Shown in pieces: positions 1 through 9,144 of a stretch of DNA of 64,000 bases (positions are counted from its first letter, which is position 1; each line of letters begins with the position of its first letter). A program made the position numbers and the translations under genes. The notes beneath the pieces were generated by a model, which saw only the letters and a list, made by a program, of their open reading frames with translations, made no database searches and was not told where the DNA came from. Source of the DNA: Planctomycetota bacterium (GTDB taxonomy: Bacteria > Planctomycetota > GCA-002687715 > CAIWVZ01); assembly GCA_044222185.1 (NCBI GenBank), contig JBGANV010000003.1, positions 736,001 through 800,000 of the forward strand, read 5' to 3'.

Positions 1-1
1 C

Positions 2-394
2 GACACGGGCGTCCTCTCAGCGTTCGAGTTGAGCATCGCACGGCAGGGTTTTGCGATGAACCTCTCCCAGCCGAACGGGTCGGCGGACGTGCGTGCGAAT
101 GACAGCGCCGGGGCAAGCATCGGCAACGCCTACTTCAACGCCTTCACGCTGAACGGCGGCAACTACCCCTACGGCTGGTTCTACGGGATCGACATCGCGT
201 ACAGCGATCTCCTCTTCCAGATCAATCTGCCGATCGGGTTCTTCAACGGAACGCTCGACGGGTCCGTCCGCGCCACGTCGACGATCCCCGGCCCGATCCC
301 TGCCGGTCTGACGGTCTACGGAACGGCGATCGAGATCGAGTCCGGCGCGTTGCGTCAGGTCTCCACTCCGACCGCGCACCAAACCGTCCCGTGA
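2..394 (+). CDS. Secreted proprotein-convertase P-domain protein, 3' part (runs in from the window edge); paralogue of the next gene
   Basis: Frame open from base 2 (DTGVLSAFELSIARQGF...). Matches the end of the P-domain and the whole C-terminal domain of 552..1916 (GNAYFN, GWFYGIDI, YSDLLFQ, GTLD). Confidence 0.85.
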   Translation, partial: DTGVLSAFELSIARQGFAMNLSQPNGSADVRANDSAGASIGNAYFNAFTLNGGNYPYGWFYGIDIAYSDLLFQINLPIGFFNGTLDGSVRATSTIPGPIPAGLTVYGTAIEIESGALRQVSTPTAHQTVP

Positions 395-409
395 CCTCGC
401 GGGTGCTCT

Positions 410-446
410 CGATCCCCGGCATCGACTCCCGTCGGTCCGGGGATCG
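410..446 (+). terminator. GC-rich hairpin after the stop codon (possible terminator)
   Basis: CGATCCCCGG...CCGGGGATCG perfect 10-bp inverted repeat, 15 nt after the stop. No clear U-tract. Confidence 0.4.
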
Positions 447-551
447 CTCGCGTTCGCGGTCCACGACCCCACGCGGATCTCCCGCTTCGCATCCTCCCCG
501 CGCGCGACCGCAACACACACGCCCGTTCGCATTCGTCCGAAGGAGCCTCCG

Positions 552-1916
552 ATGCCGCACCGAACCGCAACCTGTCTTGGCCTCGCCCTGTGTCTCGTCG
601 TGATGGCGCCCGCCCAGACGGCGCACGGTCCGGCCTTCGGGGCCACACCGAACGCGACGATTCCGCCATCCGGCACCGGGGGCGGCGCCTGCGGCGGGAC
701 ATCGAACACCTTCGACACGCATGCGACGGCGGCGTTCGCCGGTCTCGTCGGCAGCCTCGTGATCACGGTCGACATCGACCACAGCTATGCCGGCGACGTG
801 GTCATGACGCTGATCCACGATGGCGTCTCCGTCGTCCTCTCGGACGGAAACAACTTCGCGAGCGGCGGAGGCGCCGACCTTCACGGCGGATACAGCTTCT
901 CCGACGCGGCACCGACGGCGTTCGACGCGGCGCCCCTCGCACCCGGGGGAAGGCTCGCGGCCGGCACCTATCGGCCCGACAATCCCCTCTCCGCGTTCAC
1001 AGGAGCCGCCGTCGCCGGGATCTGGACGCTCCGCATCTGTGACCGCGCGGCCGGCGACGTCGGCGTGTTGCACTCGACGTTCCTCGACGTCAGAACGCTC
1101 GGCACGCAGGTCAGCGACCCCATCGTCCAGGCGCCGATCCCGCCCTCGGGGACCGGCGGAGGCTCGTGCGGCGCTCCCCCGAACACCTTCACGCACGTCG
1201 TGAACGTCGTGCAGACGGGCCGGGTCGGCGATGTCGCGACATACTTCGACATCACCCATTCCGCGTCGGGTGATCTCACGATCACGCTCAGCCACATGGG
1301 CGTGACGCGCACGATCTTCAGTCCGGCCATTGCCACGGGCGCTCTCGACTTCAACGGGTTCTACAGTTTCTGGGAGAACCGGTTCTCGCCCATCTCGGGC
1401 GCCAATGCGACGAGTGGAGCCCTCAACACGGGCTACTACAGGAGTCTCCAGGACTTCGCCCCGTTCCACGGCATGGAGATGTCGGGCCCCTGGTACCTGA
1501 CGATCTGCGATGGAGGTCCCTTCGACGTCGGCGTGCTGCACGGCTTCGTGCTGAGCATCGCGCGCCAGGGCTTCTCGCTCTCGATTGAGCAGCCCACGGG
1601 ATCGGCGAGCCTCGACGCCGTCGATCGACACGGTGCCGCCACCGGCAATGCCTACTTCAACGTCGTGACGTTGAATGCCGGCAACTACCCCAACGGGTGG
1701 TTCTACGGGATCGACATCGGCTACAGCGATCTCCTGTTCCAGCTCGACCTGCCGATCCCGTTTTTCCATGGAACCCTCGACGCATCGGTGCAGGCCGCGT
1801 CGTCGTTGCCCGGTCCGATCCCAGCCGGCATCCACGCATTCGCCACGGCGATCGAGTTCGAGAACGGGTCATTGCGCCAGGCATCGGCGCCGAGTCAATA
1901 CACCACGCTCCCGTGA
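552..1916 (+). CDS. Secreted protein with two proprotein-convertase P-domains and a conserved C-terminal domain
   Basis: AAGGAG RBS; signal peptide; two repeats of IPPSGTGGG-C-G...DI-H-S-x-x-GD...GxWxL-x-ICD...DVGVLH, typical of P-domains. Confidence 0.8.
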   Translation: MPHRTATCLGLALCLVVMAPAQTAHGPAFGATPNATIPPSGTGGGACGGTSNTFDTHATAAFAGLVGSLVITVDIDHSYAGDVVMTLIHDGVSVVLSDGNNFASGGGADLHGGYSFSDAAPTAFDAAPLAPGGRLAAGTYRPDNPLSAFTGAAVAGIWTLRICDRAAGDVGVLHSTFLDVRTLGTQVSDPIVQAPIPPSGTGGGSCGAPPNTFTHVVNVVQTGRVGDVATYFDITHSASGDLTITLSHMGVTRTIFSPAIATGALDFNGFYSFWENRFSPISGANATSGALNTGYYRSLQDFAPFHGMEMSGPWYLTICDGGPFDVGVLHGFVLSIARQGFSLSIEQPTGSASLDAVDRHGAATGNAYFNVVTLNAGNYPNGWFYGIDIGYSDLLFQLDLPIPFFHGTLDASVQAASSLPGPIPAGIHAFATAIEFENGSLRQASAPSQYTTLP

Positions 1917-1965
1917 TCGTGCGCGGACACCCGACGTCGTCCGGGTGACGCCACGCACGGGAGCT

Positions 1966-2634
1966 TCACCCGAGTTCGTCAGAGTCGGGACCGACGAGAT
2001 GATCCACGATGGAGGCAGGCAACGTCTGGCGGAGCTTCTCGAGCGCGCGGCGCAACCGCACGGTGACCGTGTTCGGCGCGAGCCCCGTGACGGCTGCGAC
2101 GACCCGAACCGGCTGTTCCTCGATCGCACGGAGCACGACGACGGCACGGTCCGTGGGATCGAGGGATGCGATGGCGGAACGGACGGAGTCGTGGCGCTCG
2201 GCACGGACGGCCCGCGAGACGACACCCGTCGTCTCCGCCGACAGTTCGAGGGCCGCACCGCGTTCCGACCCGCCGTCGACGCCCCGATCCGGCAGGGCGA
2301 TCGCACTCGGCTTCCCTGCGATGTGCTTGTCGTAGAGGTCCCGCACCTGGCGCAGGAGCACGGTCCCGAGGAACCGCATCAGACCGGCGGACGTGCTCCC
2401 GGGTTCGGGACGGTACTCGGGGAGCCGGCGCAGGGCGACCAGCCAGACGTCGTTCACGAGGTCCGTCGGATCCACGAAGCGGCGGAGCGGCGCACCGATC
2501 CGATACTCCGCCTGCATGATCAAAAGGGGCGTGAACCGTTCGACGACCGTCGTCAGATGAGCGAGACTGCCCAGCGACGCGGCGCGGATCACGGCCGAGA
2601 GTTCCCGATCATCCTCGAGGCGGTTTTGAGACAC
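1966..2634 (-). CDS. ECF-family RNA polymerase sigma factor
   Basis: Region 2 (DPTDLVNDVW, a DAED-like motif) and region 4 (LDPTDRAVVVLR...VAAVTGLAPNTVTVRLRRALEKLR); 222 aa; GTG start. Confidence 0.9.
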   Translation of the reverse strand: MSQNRLEDDRELSAVIRAASLGSLAHLTTVVERFTPLLIMQAEYRIGAPLRRFVDPTDLVNDVWLVALRRLPEYRPEPGSTSAGLMRFLGTVLLRQVRDLYDKHIAGKPSAIALPDRGVDGGSERGAALELSAETTGVVSRAVRAERHDSVRSAIASLDPTDRAVVVLRAIEEQPVRVVAAVTGLAPNTVTVRLRRALEKLRQTLPASIVDHLVGPDSDELG

Positions 2635-2684
2635 GGCCGGGAAGTATGCCTCACTTCCGGCGTTTCTGAATAGGATCCTCCCCC

Positions 2685-5243
2685 ATGGACGATCTCAGCT
2701 CCGATCTCGCCATCGAAGTCGCCGTGATGGACGCCATCCTGGACGCGCGGGCGCAGGGACGATCCGTCACCGTCCAGGAGCTCTGCGAACGGTTCCCAGG
2801 GTGCGAGCCCGAGGTTGCCAAGGCGTTCCAGCGCGCGACCGCGCTCGGGTCGACCGACACGGAGATGCCGCGCCACGTCGACGCCGACGCCCCCGTCGCC
2901 AGACACACGCGGGTCGGGCCGTACCGCATCGAGTCGGAACTGGGCCGCGGAGCCCAGGGCGTCGTGTACATGGCGGTCGACGAGCGCCTCGACCGCCGCG
3001 TGGCGCTGAAGATCCTGCTTCCCTCCTGGGCGGCGTCGCCGCGGACGCTCCGCCGATTCGAGAACGAGGCCCGCACGCTCGCCGCCCTGGATCACCCGGG
3101 CATCTGCACGGTTCACGAAGCCGCGACGATCGACGGGACGCCCTTCATCGCCATGCGCCTCGTGGCGGGCGAGTCGCTCGTCGCCCGGATCTCGCACCTT
3201 CGGACGCAGCGCGACGGCGGGCGGCCACTCGCGGCGGACGTGGCGAGTGCGGTCGCGATCATCGAGAAGGTGGCACGCGCGGCCAACGCCGCGCACGAGG
3301 CGGGCGTCATCCACCGGGATCTCAAGCCCGCGAACGTGATCGTGTCCGACGCGGACGAGCCCACCATCCTCGACTTCGGGCTCGCGAGTTCGGCGGAGGA
3401 CGGCGACGGTTCCCTCACGATGAGCGGCGACATCCTCGGGACGCCCGCGTACATGGCACCCGAGCAAGCCGCGGGCAACATGGACGAGGTCGATCGCCGC
3501 GCCGACATCCACGCACTCGGCGTGATCCTCTTCGAGATGACGACGGGACGGCGGCCGTTCGATGCGCCCACGCGGTCCGGCCTGCTCGACGCCGTGTGCA
3601 ACACCGAAGCGCCCGACGCGCGGCGGACGAACCCCGAGGTCGACCGGGACGTGGCGACGGTGATCGCGCGCTGTCTCGCCAAACTTCCGAGCGACCGCTA
3701 CGCCTCCGCGCTCGACCTCGCGGACGACCTTCGACGTGTCCGCCTCCTCGAGCCGATCGCGGCCAGGCCCGTGTCGACTGCCGAGCGCGCGCTGCGCTGG
3801 GTCCGTCGAAACCCGCTGCGGGCGGCCCTGATCACGGTCATCGGCCTGCTTTTCGCCACGCTCATCGCCGGCGGCGCCTGGTACCTCGCCAACCGCGATC
3901 GCCTCGCGAGCCAGGAGGCCGCCGAGCGCCGTGCGCAGGTCGAAGAGGAGCTGGTCGAGGGTTCGACGGCCATGGCTGCGCTGCGCCAGGGTGCCGCCAT
4001 CGCCCACTACGAGGCCGCGCTCCGCCTCGACCCGTCCTCGGTCGAGGCCATCACGGCGCTCGCAATCTGCCTCGTCCGCCGCGGGCACCGGGACGTCGCG
4101 ATCCAACGCCTCGACGAGTTCGGAGGCCGCTTCGGGCGATCCTCGGCATGGTATTCGGCCCGCCGTTTCGCCGGACCCATTCCAAACGATCCCGAACCCC
4201 GTGCCACGAGTCGCCCTGACACCGCGTCGCCGCGTGATGACGTCTCCTGCTTCATCGAATCGATGAAATGCACCGCCGAGAGCGAGATCGGATCGGAGGA
4301 CGGCATCTCGCGCGCCTGCAACTGGCTCGAGGCGGCGATCCAACGGAGCCCGACCCGGCGCCTGCTCTATCTCAACAGCCTCGCGGCGGTCGCCAGCCGC
4401 CTCAACGACCGGACCACGGCGCAGCGCATCGCCGGGACGCTGCGCACCGTGCTCACGGGACCACGCGCCGAGGTACTGGCGGGACTCGCTCTCTGCCGCG
4501 CCGATCCGGACGCAGCGCGCGCAACGTTCGCTCGCGCGGAAGCGCTGGGCGGGAACCAGACGGACATCGGCTACGGGATGTTCACCATCCTCGTGGGCAG
4601 CCGCGACTTCGCCAGCGCCGCCGCACTCATGCGTGACATGCTCGCGCGCCGACCGGACGACGCCACGCTCTACTACAACCTCTCGCTGGCCGAGCTGAAA
4701 CTCGACCACGTCGCGCTGGCACTCGAGGCCGCGCGCCGCGCCGTCGAGCTCCGCCCCGACGTCGCCGCGAACCATGCCCAGGTCGGGATGATCCTGCGCG
4801 ATGGCCTCCAGCAGTTCGCCGCAGCCTCCGTCGAGTTCGAGCGCGCGCTGGCGTGCAGCCCAGCAAACCTCGAGGTCGCGGGCGAGCTGTCGCGCTGCCT
4901 GTCGTTCAAGGGTGACCAGCCGGCCGCGCTTGCGATGGCGCAGCGGGTCATCGACAAGGATCCGCAGAACGTCGTCGCCTGGCGGACGATCGCGCGAGCG
5001 CGCCTGCTTCTCGACGATCCAGAGGCGGGCGAGGCTGCCGCGCGTCACGTCGTCGAGCTCGCTCCGGAGTACGCGATCCACCATTTGGAGCTTGCCCGTG
5101 CCGTCGCGGCGAATGGTGACTTTGAAGGCGCGCGCAAGATCGTCGACGAGTGGTATGAACGGGCCGTCGCTTCGGGGCTCACCAGCTATCTGAACTTCCT
5201 GGAATCGAAATTCCCCGGGCTGGCACCGCCGCGGTCGAAGTGA
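2685..5243 (+). CDS. Membrane Ser/Thr protein kinase with C-terminal TPR repeats
   Basis: GRGAQG, VALK, HRDLKPAN, DFG and APE motifs; TM segment ALITVIGLLFATLIAGGAWYLA; TPR-like repeats (YEAALRLDP, ARRAVELRPD, VIDKDPQNVVAW). Confidence 0.95.
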   Translation: MDDLSSDLAIEVAVMDAILDARAQGRSVTVQELCERFPGCEPEVAKAFQRATALGSTDTEMPRHVDADAPVARHTRVGPYRIESELGRGAQGVVYMAVDERLDRRVALKILLPSWAASPRTLRRFENEARTLAALDHPGICTVHEAATIDGTPFIAMRLVAGESLVARISHLRTQRDGGRPLAADVASAVAIIEKVARAANAAHEAGVIHRDLKPANVIVSDADEPTILDFGLASSAEDGDGSLTMSGDILGTPAYMAPEQAAGNMDEVDRRADIHALGVILFEMTTGRRPFDAPTRSGLLDAVCNTEAPDARRTNPEVDRDVATVIARCLAKLPSDRYASALDLADDLRRVRLLEPIAARPVSTAERALRWVRRNPLRAALITVIGLLFATLIAGGAWYLANRDRLASQEAAERRAQVEEELVEGSTAMAALRQGAAIAHYEAALRLDPSSVEAITALAICLVRRGHRDVAIQRLDEFGGRFGRSSAWYSARRFAGPIPNDPEPRATSRPDTASPRDDVSCFIESMKCTAESEIGSEDGISRACNWLEAAIQRSPTRRLLYLNSLAAVASRLNDRTTAQRIAGTLRTVLTGPRAEVLAGLALCRADPDAARATFARAEALGGNQTDIGYGMFTILVGSRDFASAAALMRDMLARRPDDATLYYNLSLAELKLDHVALALEAARRAVELRPDVAANHAQVGMILRDGLQQFAAASVEFERALACSPANLEVAGELSRCLSFKGDQPAALAMAQRVIDKDPQNVVAWRTIARARLLLDDPEAGEAAARHVVELAPEYAIHHLELARAVAANGDFEGARKIVDEWYERAVASGLTSYLNFLESKFPGLAPPRSK

Positions 5244-5371
5244 CGGGCTCGCCGGGACCGTGGCGTCGTCCGACCCGTCGAGGGCCGAGCACCCCCGTCG
5301 GCTTTGAGGTTGCGGCTTCCGACGGCCGATGAAGAAGCGGCGCCTTCCTCGTTCCGACGGCGCCGCATCCC

Positions 5372-6019
5372 ATGACGCTCTTCGCCGAGATCCATCACTG
5401 GTGCCGTGGCCGCCACTGGCCGGCACGCGCGTTGTTCCTCGCGTGGCTCACGTGGGTCGGCGTCCGCTGCACGGGCGATCGCCGGTTCTGCACCATCTTC
5501 GACGGGATCAACCTGGGGATTCACGAGGGCGGACACGTCATGTTCAGCCCCTTCGGTCGGTTTCTCTACGTCGCTGGCGGAACGATCACCCAACTCGCAG
5601 CGCCGATCGCGGCGGCGTTCATCCTCCGTCGACAGGGCGACTGGTTCGGCGTCGGTGCGACGGGTGTGTGGCTCGCGACGAACTTCTTCGGCGTCGCCGT
5701 GTACTCCGCCGATGCGCGCAGTCAGGCGCTCCCCCTGGTCACCATCGGCGGCGGCGAGGCCTCGCACGATTGGACGTACATGCTCGGCCGGCTCGGCTGG
5801 CTGCGCCACGATCAACTCGTCGCGGGACTGTTCCGCGTCACCGGCCTCGGCGTCCTGTGGCTGTCGCTCGCGTTCATGGCGTGGCTCGTCGTGAACATGA
5901 TCCGTTCTCCCGAGCGAATTCCCGTGCGCCAACGGCGCGCCATCGTTCGCGATCTTCCCCGCAACGCGCCCACGACCCAGCCAGCCAGCGTGCGCACCGA
6001 CCCCGTCGACCCGCGCTGA
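5372..6019 (+). CDS. Membrane protein with HEGGH motif (M50B-like zinc metallopeptidase family)
   Basis: Several hydrophobic helices; IHEGGH, AGGT..Q and SHDW motifs. Confidence 0.65.
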   Translation: MTLFAEIHHWCRGRHWPARALFLAWLTWVGVRCTGDRRFCTIFDGINLGIHEGGHVMFSPFGRFLYVAGGTITQLAAPIAAAFILRRQGDWFGVGATGVWLATNFFGVAVYSADARSQALPLVTIGGGEASHDWTYMLGRLGWLRHDQLVAGLFRVTGLGVLWLSLAFMAWLVVNMIRSPERIPVRQRRAIVRDLPRNAPTTQPASVRTDPVDPR

Positions 6020-6214
6020 CATCGCTCGCACGACATGCGACGTGTGGAAGAACGATGCGCGACGCCGCCGCGACGTTGACGGCTGCACGTGACCACATCT
6101 ACGATCACGCCCCGTCGGGGCAGTGCGTTTGGAGCGGGAGGGTATGCGATGAGGAAGCAGCGGGAATCATCCGTCGTCGGTGCGATGACGAGGCACGACG
6201 GGAGGAGAACGAGC

Positions 6215-9046
6215 ATGCGAGGAGCCGGCGTGCGTGCGATCCAGATTCTCTTCATGTTCACCTGCGGATCATGTCTCATCGCCCAGACCTGCATTCCCGG
6301 ATGGGGGCCAGGCTGCACGACCCTCGGAGGGATCCAAGGCGGTGTGACGGCATACACCGAGTACGACGCCGACGGCCCCGGGCCGGCGCCGAAGCTCCCC
6401 GTCATCGGTGGCAGTTTTGGGGTCGCAATCGGTGACGCCGAGGGCGCCAACTGGCGAATCATCCTCGTGCCGTCCTCGGCCGGTGGGGTGACAGCCCTGG
6501 CAACGCATGACTTCGATGGCCCTGGGCCAGGCCCGGTGGAGATCGTGGCCGCGGGCCGCGCCGGGACCTTCGTTTCCCAATACGCGGCGCCATTGGGTCG
6601 TTGGAATGGCACGACCTGGTCTACTTTCGGCACGGACCTGACTGGCTGGACCTACCCTGCACCGGTTACGCGAATGATCGAGTGGGACATGGACGGCGCG
6701 GGCCCCGGGCCCGCGGAGCTGATCATGGGCGGGGGATTCACCGCGCCCTCGATGCCGCCTGCATTCGGCGTCGCGCGATATGGCGGAAGTTGGAGCGCGC
6801 TCTCGCCGCTGGGATCCGGCGGAACGCCGAGACACACCAGTGTCGACGCGTTGATGGTGTGGGATGACGACGGCAACGGCCCCAATCCCCCGGCCCTCGT
6901 CATAGGATCCCACAGCAGCCTTAGAGGGACGACATCGTCGAGCCTGGTCCGCTGGGATGGACTGACGTCGACGCCGCTCGGTCAGGGGTTCAACGGAGCG
7001 GTACTCGACCTCGCCGTGTTCGATGACGACGGCCCGGGCCCTCACGTGCCGGCGCTCTTTGCCAGCGGATCGTTCACCCTCGCCGGTGGCGTCTCGGCGC
7101 CGCGCGTTGCGCGATGGAACGGTTCGGCCTGGAGCGCGACCGGCTTCGGCGTTGGCAGCGCCGTGAGGACGATCACACCTTTCGATCTCGACGGCCCGGG
7201 CCCGCTCGGGGAACGACTCATAGCGGGCGGAGAGTTCACGACGGCCAACGGAGCGAACGTCGGCAACGTGGCGAGCTTTGATGGAACGAACTGGATCCCC
7301 GTCTCGTTCGGCCTGGGCGTCGGCGGCGGCGCCACACCCATTCCAACCGTCGCGAAACTCGCTTCGCTCGATGCGGACGGAGCCGGGCCGGGAGAGCCAC
7401 GCCTCCTGGCGTTCGGGAACTTCGTGTCGGCCGATGGGGCGCCAGCAAATTCGGTCGCGATCTGGGACCGCGTTGCGTGGAGACCCACCGGACACGGATT
7501 CGTCCTACCGCCGCGCGCCATGGCGGTGTTCGACGCCGACGGCCCGGGTGCCGCTCCGGCGACGCTGTACCTCGCTGCTCCGCCTGTACAACTCACGACT
7601 ATGGCGGTCAGCCCCGTCCGCGCCTGGACCGGGAGCGCGCTTTACACCGTACCGTCCCCCGCGCTCATGACCGTGAACGACCTGATAGTGGGTGACCCTG
7701 ACGGCCCGGGACCGCTCCCCAACCGTCTGATCGCTGGCGGAGCGCCGACCCTGTTCGCAGCACCCGTGACGACCTTCGACGGGACCGCTTGGACGCAGCT
7801 TCCACCGCTCCCGGCGATACCGCCGTACACCGGCGTGAGGGCCATGACGTTCTTCGACGACGACGGACCCGGACCAAGCGCCCCGAAACTCGTAGCCGCC
7901 GACGACGGACACGTTGCGCGGTTCGATGGCGTCGCGTGGAGCCCTGTCGGAGTCCTCGGATCGTCCTACGGTGCTGTCCGAGCGATCGCGGCTTTCGACG
8001 ACGACGGCGCGGGGCCGAGGACCCCGGCGCTGTATCTCGGTGGTTCGTTCTCGACGCTGGCCGGCGCACCGTCGGGCGGGATCTCGCGGTGGAACGGGTA
8101 CTCCTGGGTGCCCATCGGGGTGCCCGCCGGAGTGAGCACGGCCGGCGGCGCGTTCAGCTCCGTGAATGCGCTGCTCGAATACGACCCGGACGGCGCGGGA
8201 CCACGGCCTGGGCTGCTCGTCGTCGGCGGCGATTTCGACACGGCTGGCGGAGTCCCCGCACTGGGAATCGCCGCGTGGAACGGATCCGGGTGGTCCGCAG
8301 CGTTCGGCTCCGGAGTCGTGCGTGGGAATCTCCCCGGAACGGTCTCGGCGATGGCGGTCGCCGACCTCGACGGGAACCCAGGAACACCCGACGAGCTCGT
8401 CGTCGCAGGCTCGTTCACGAGTGTCAGCGGGATTGCCGCCGAATCGATCGCCCACTGGAACGGGACGTCCTGGGCGCCGTTCGGCGGCGGCATCACTGCG
8501 CTCGGCAACTCGGTCCATTTCGCTTTTCAGCCTGCGGCGCCACCCGGCATCGCCGACCTCGCAATGTTCGACGAGGACGGGAGCGGCGGCGGCAGCGCGG
8601 CAGCCGCACTGCATGTATGCGGCCAATTCCTGACGGCCGGCGGAGTGTCGGCACCGCTCCATGCGCGCTGGGGAACGGCGCCGGGCTTGAGTCTCTCTCT
8701 GACCCGCGCGGGCCCGAACGCACCACTGCTCTTCACCGATTCCGCATGCGCCGGTCTGGACACCTGGTTCAACGCCATGAGTCTGGACCCGATGAACGCG
8801 GCATACCCGAACACCGGCCCCTGGTTTGGCCTGCACATCGGTCCCACGGATCTCCTGGGGCAGTTCCAGTCCGGCGTCGCACCGTTCCGAGGCACGCTGA
8901 ATGCGATAGGCAATTCCGTGACGTCGGCACCCGCATCGACTCTGATCCCCTACTCGGGCGTGAGGGTCTGGAGTGTGGGCGTCCGCTTCGACGCACCGAG
9001 CCTGACGGTGCATGGAGTATCGCCGGTGACGTCGATTCAGCTCTAG
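6215..9046 (+). CDS. Large secreted beta-propeller repeat protein (14 DxDGxGP repeats) with conserved C-terminal domain
   Basis: GGAGGAG RBS at 6201, ATG at 6215; signal peptide; repeats of D-x-D-G-x-G-P...L(Y/V)(A/V)GGxF...ARW(N/D)GxxW. Confidence 0.85.
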   Translation: MRGAGVRAIQILFMFTCGSCLIAQTCIPGWGPGCTTLGGIQGGVTAYTEYDADGPGPAPKLPVIGGSFGVAIGDAEGANWRIILVPSSAGGVTALATHDFDGPGPGPVEIVAAGRAGTFVSQYAAPLGRWNGTTWSTFGTDLTGWTYPAPVTRMIEWDMDGAGPGPAELIMGGGFTAPSMPPAFGVARYGGSWSALSPLGSGGTPRHTSVDALMVWDDDGNGPNPPALVIGSHSSLRGTTSSSLVRWDGLTSTPLGQGFNGAVLDLAVFDDDGPGPHVPALFASGSFTLAGGVSAPRVARWNGSAWSATGFGVGSAVRTITPFDLDGPGPLGERLIAGGEFTTANGANVGNVASFDGTNWIPVSFGLGVGGGATPIPTVAKLASLDADGAGPGEPRLLAFGNFVSADGAPANSVAIWDRVAWRPTGHGFVLPPRAMAVFDADGPGAAPATLYLAAPPVQLTTMAVSPVRAWTGSALYTVPSPALMTVNDLIVGDPDGPGPLPNRLIAGGAPTLFAAPVTTFDGTAWTQLPPLPAIPPYTGVRAMTFFDDDGPGPSAPKLVAADDGHVARFDGVAWSPVGVLGSSYGAVRAIAAFDDDGAGPRTPALYLGGSFSTLAGAPSGGISRWNGYSWVPIGVPAGVSTAGGAFSSVNALLEYDPDGAGPRPGLLVVGGDFDTAGGVPALGIAAWNGSGWSAAFGSGVVRGNLPGTVSAMAVADLDGNPGTPDELVVAGSFTSVSGIAAESIAHWNGTSWAPFGGGITALGNSVHFAFQPAAPPGIADLAMFDEDGSGGGSAAAALHVCGQFLTAGGVSAPLHARWGTAPGLSLSLTRAGPNAPLLFTDSACAGLDTWFNAMSLDPMNAAYPNTGPWFGLHIGPTDLLGQFQSGVAPFRGTLNAIGNSVTSAPASTLIPYSGVRVWSVGVRFDAPSLTVHGVSPVTSIQL

Positions 9047-9070
9047 GCCCATCCGCAGCTGGCGCGCTCA

Positions 9071-9100
9071 TTGCACGGCCGGCGCGGGTCGGCATACAAT
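9071..9100 (+). promoter_or_regulatory. Putative sigma70 promoter for 9145..12048
   Basis: TTGCAC-N18-TACAAT, upstream of the GAGGAG RBS. Confidence 0.5.
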
Positions 9101-9144
9101 CCCGCGGGCGCAATGACGTCCGGTTGCGCTCGTGAGGAGATCCC

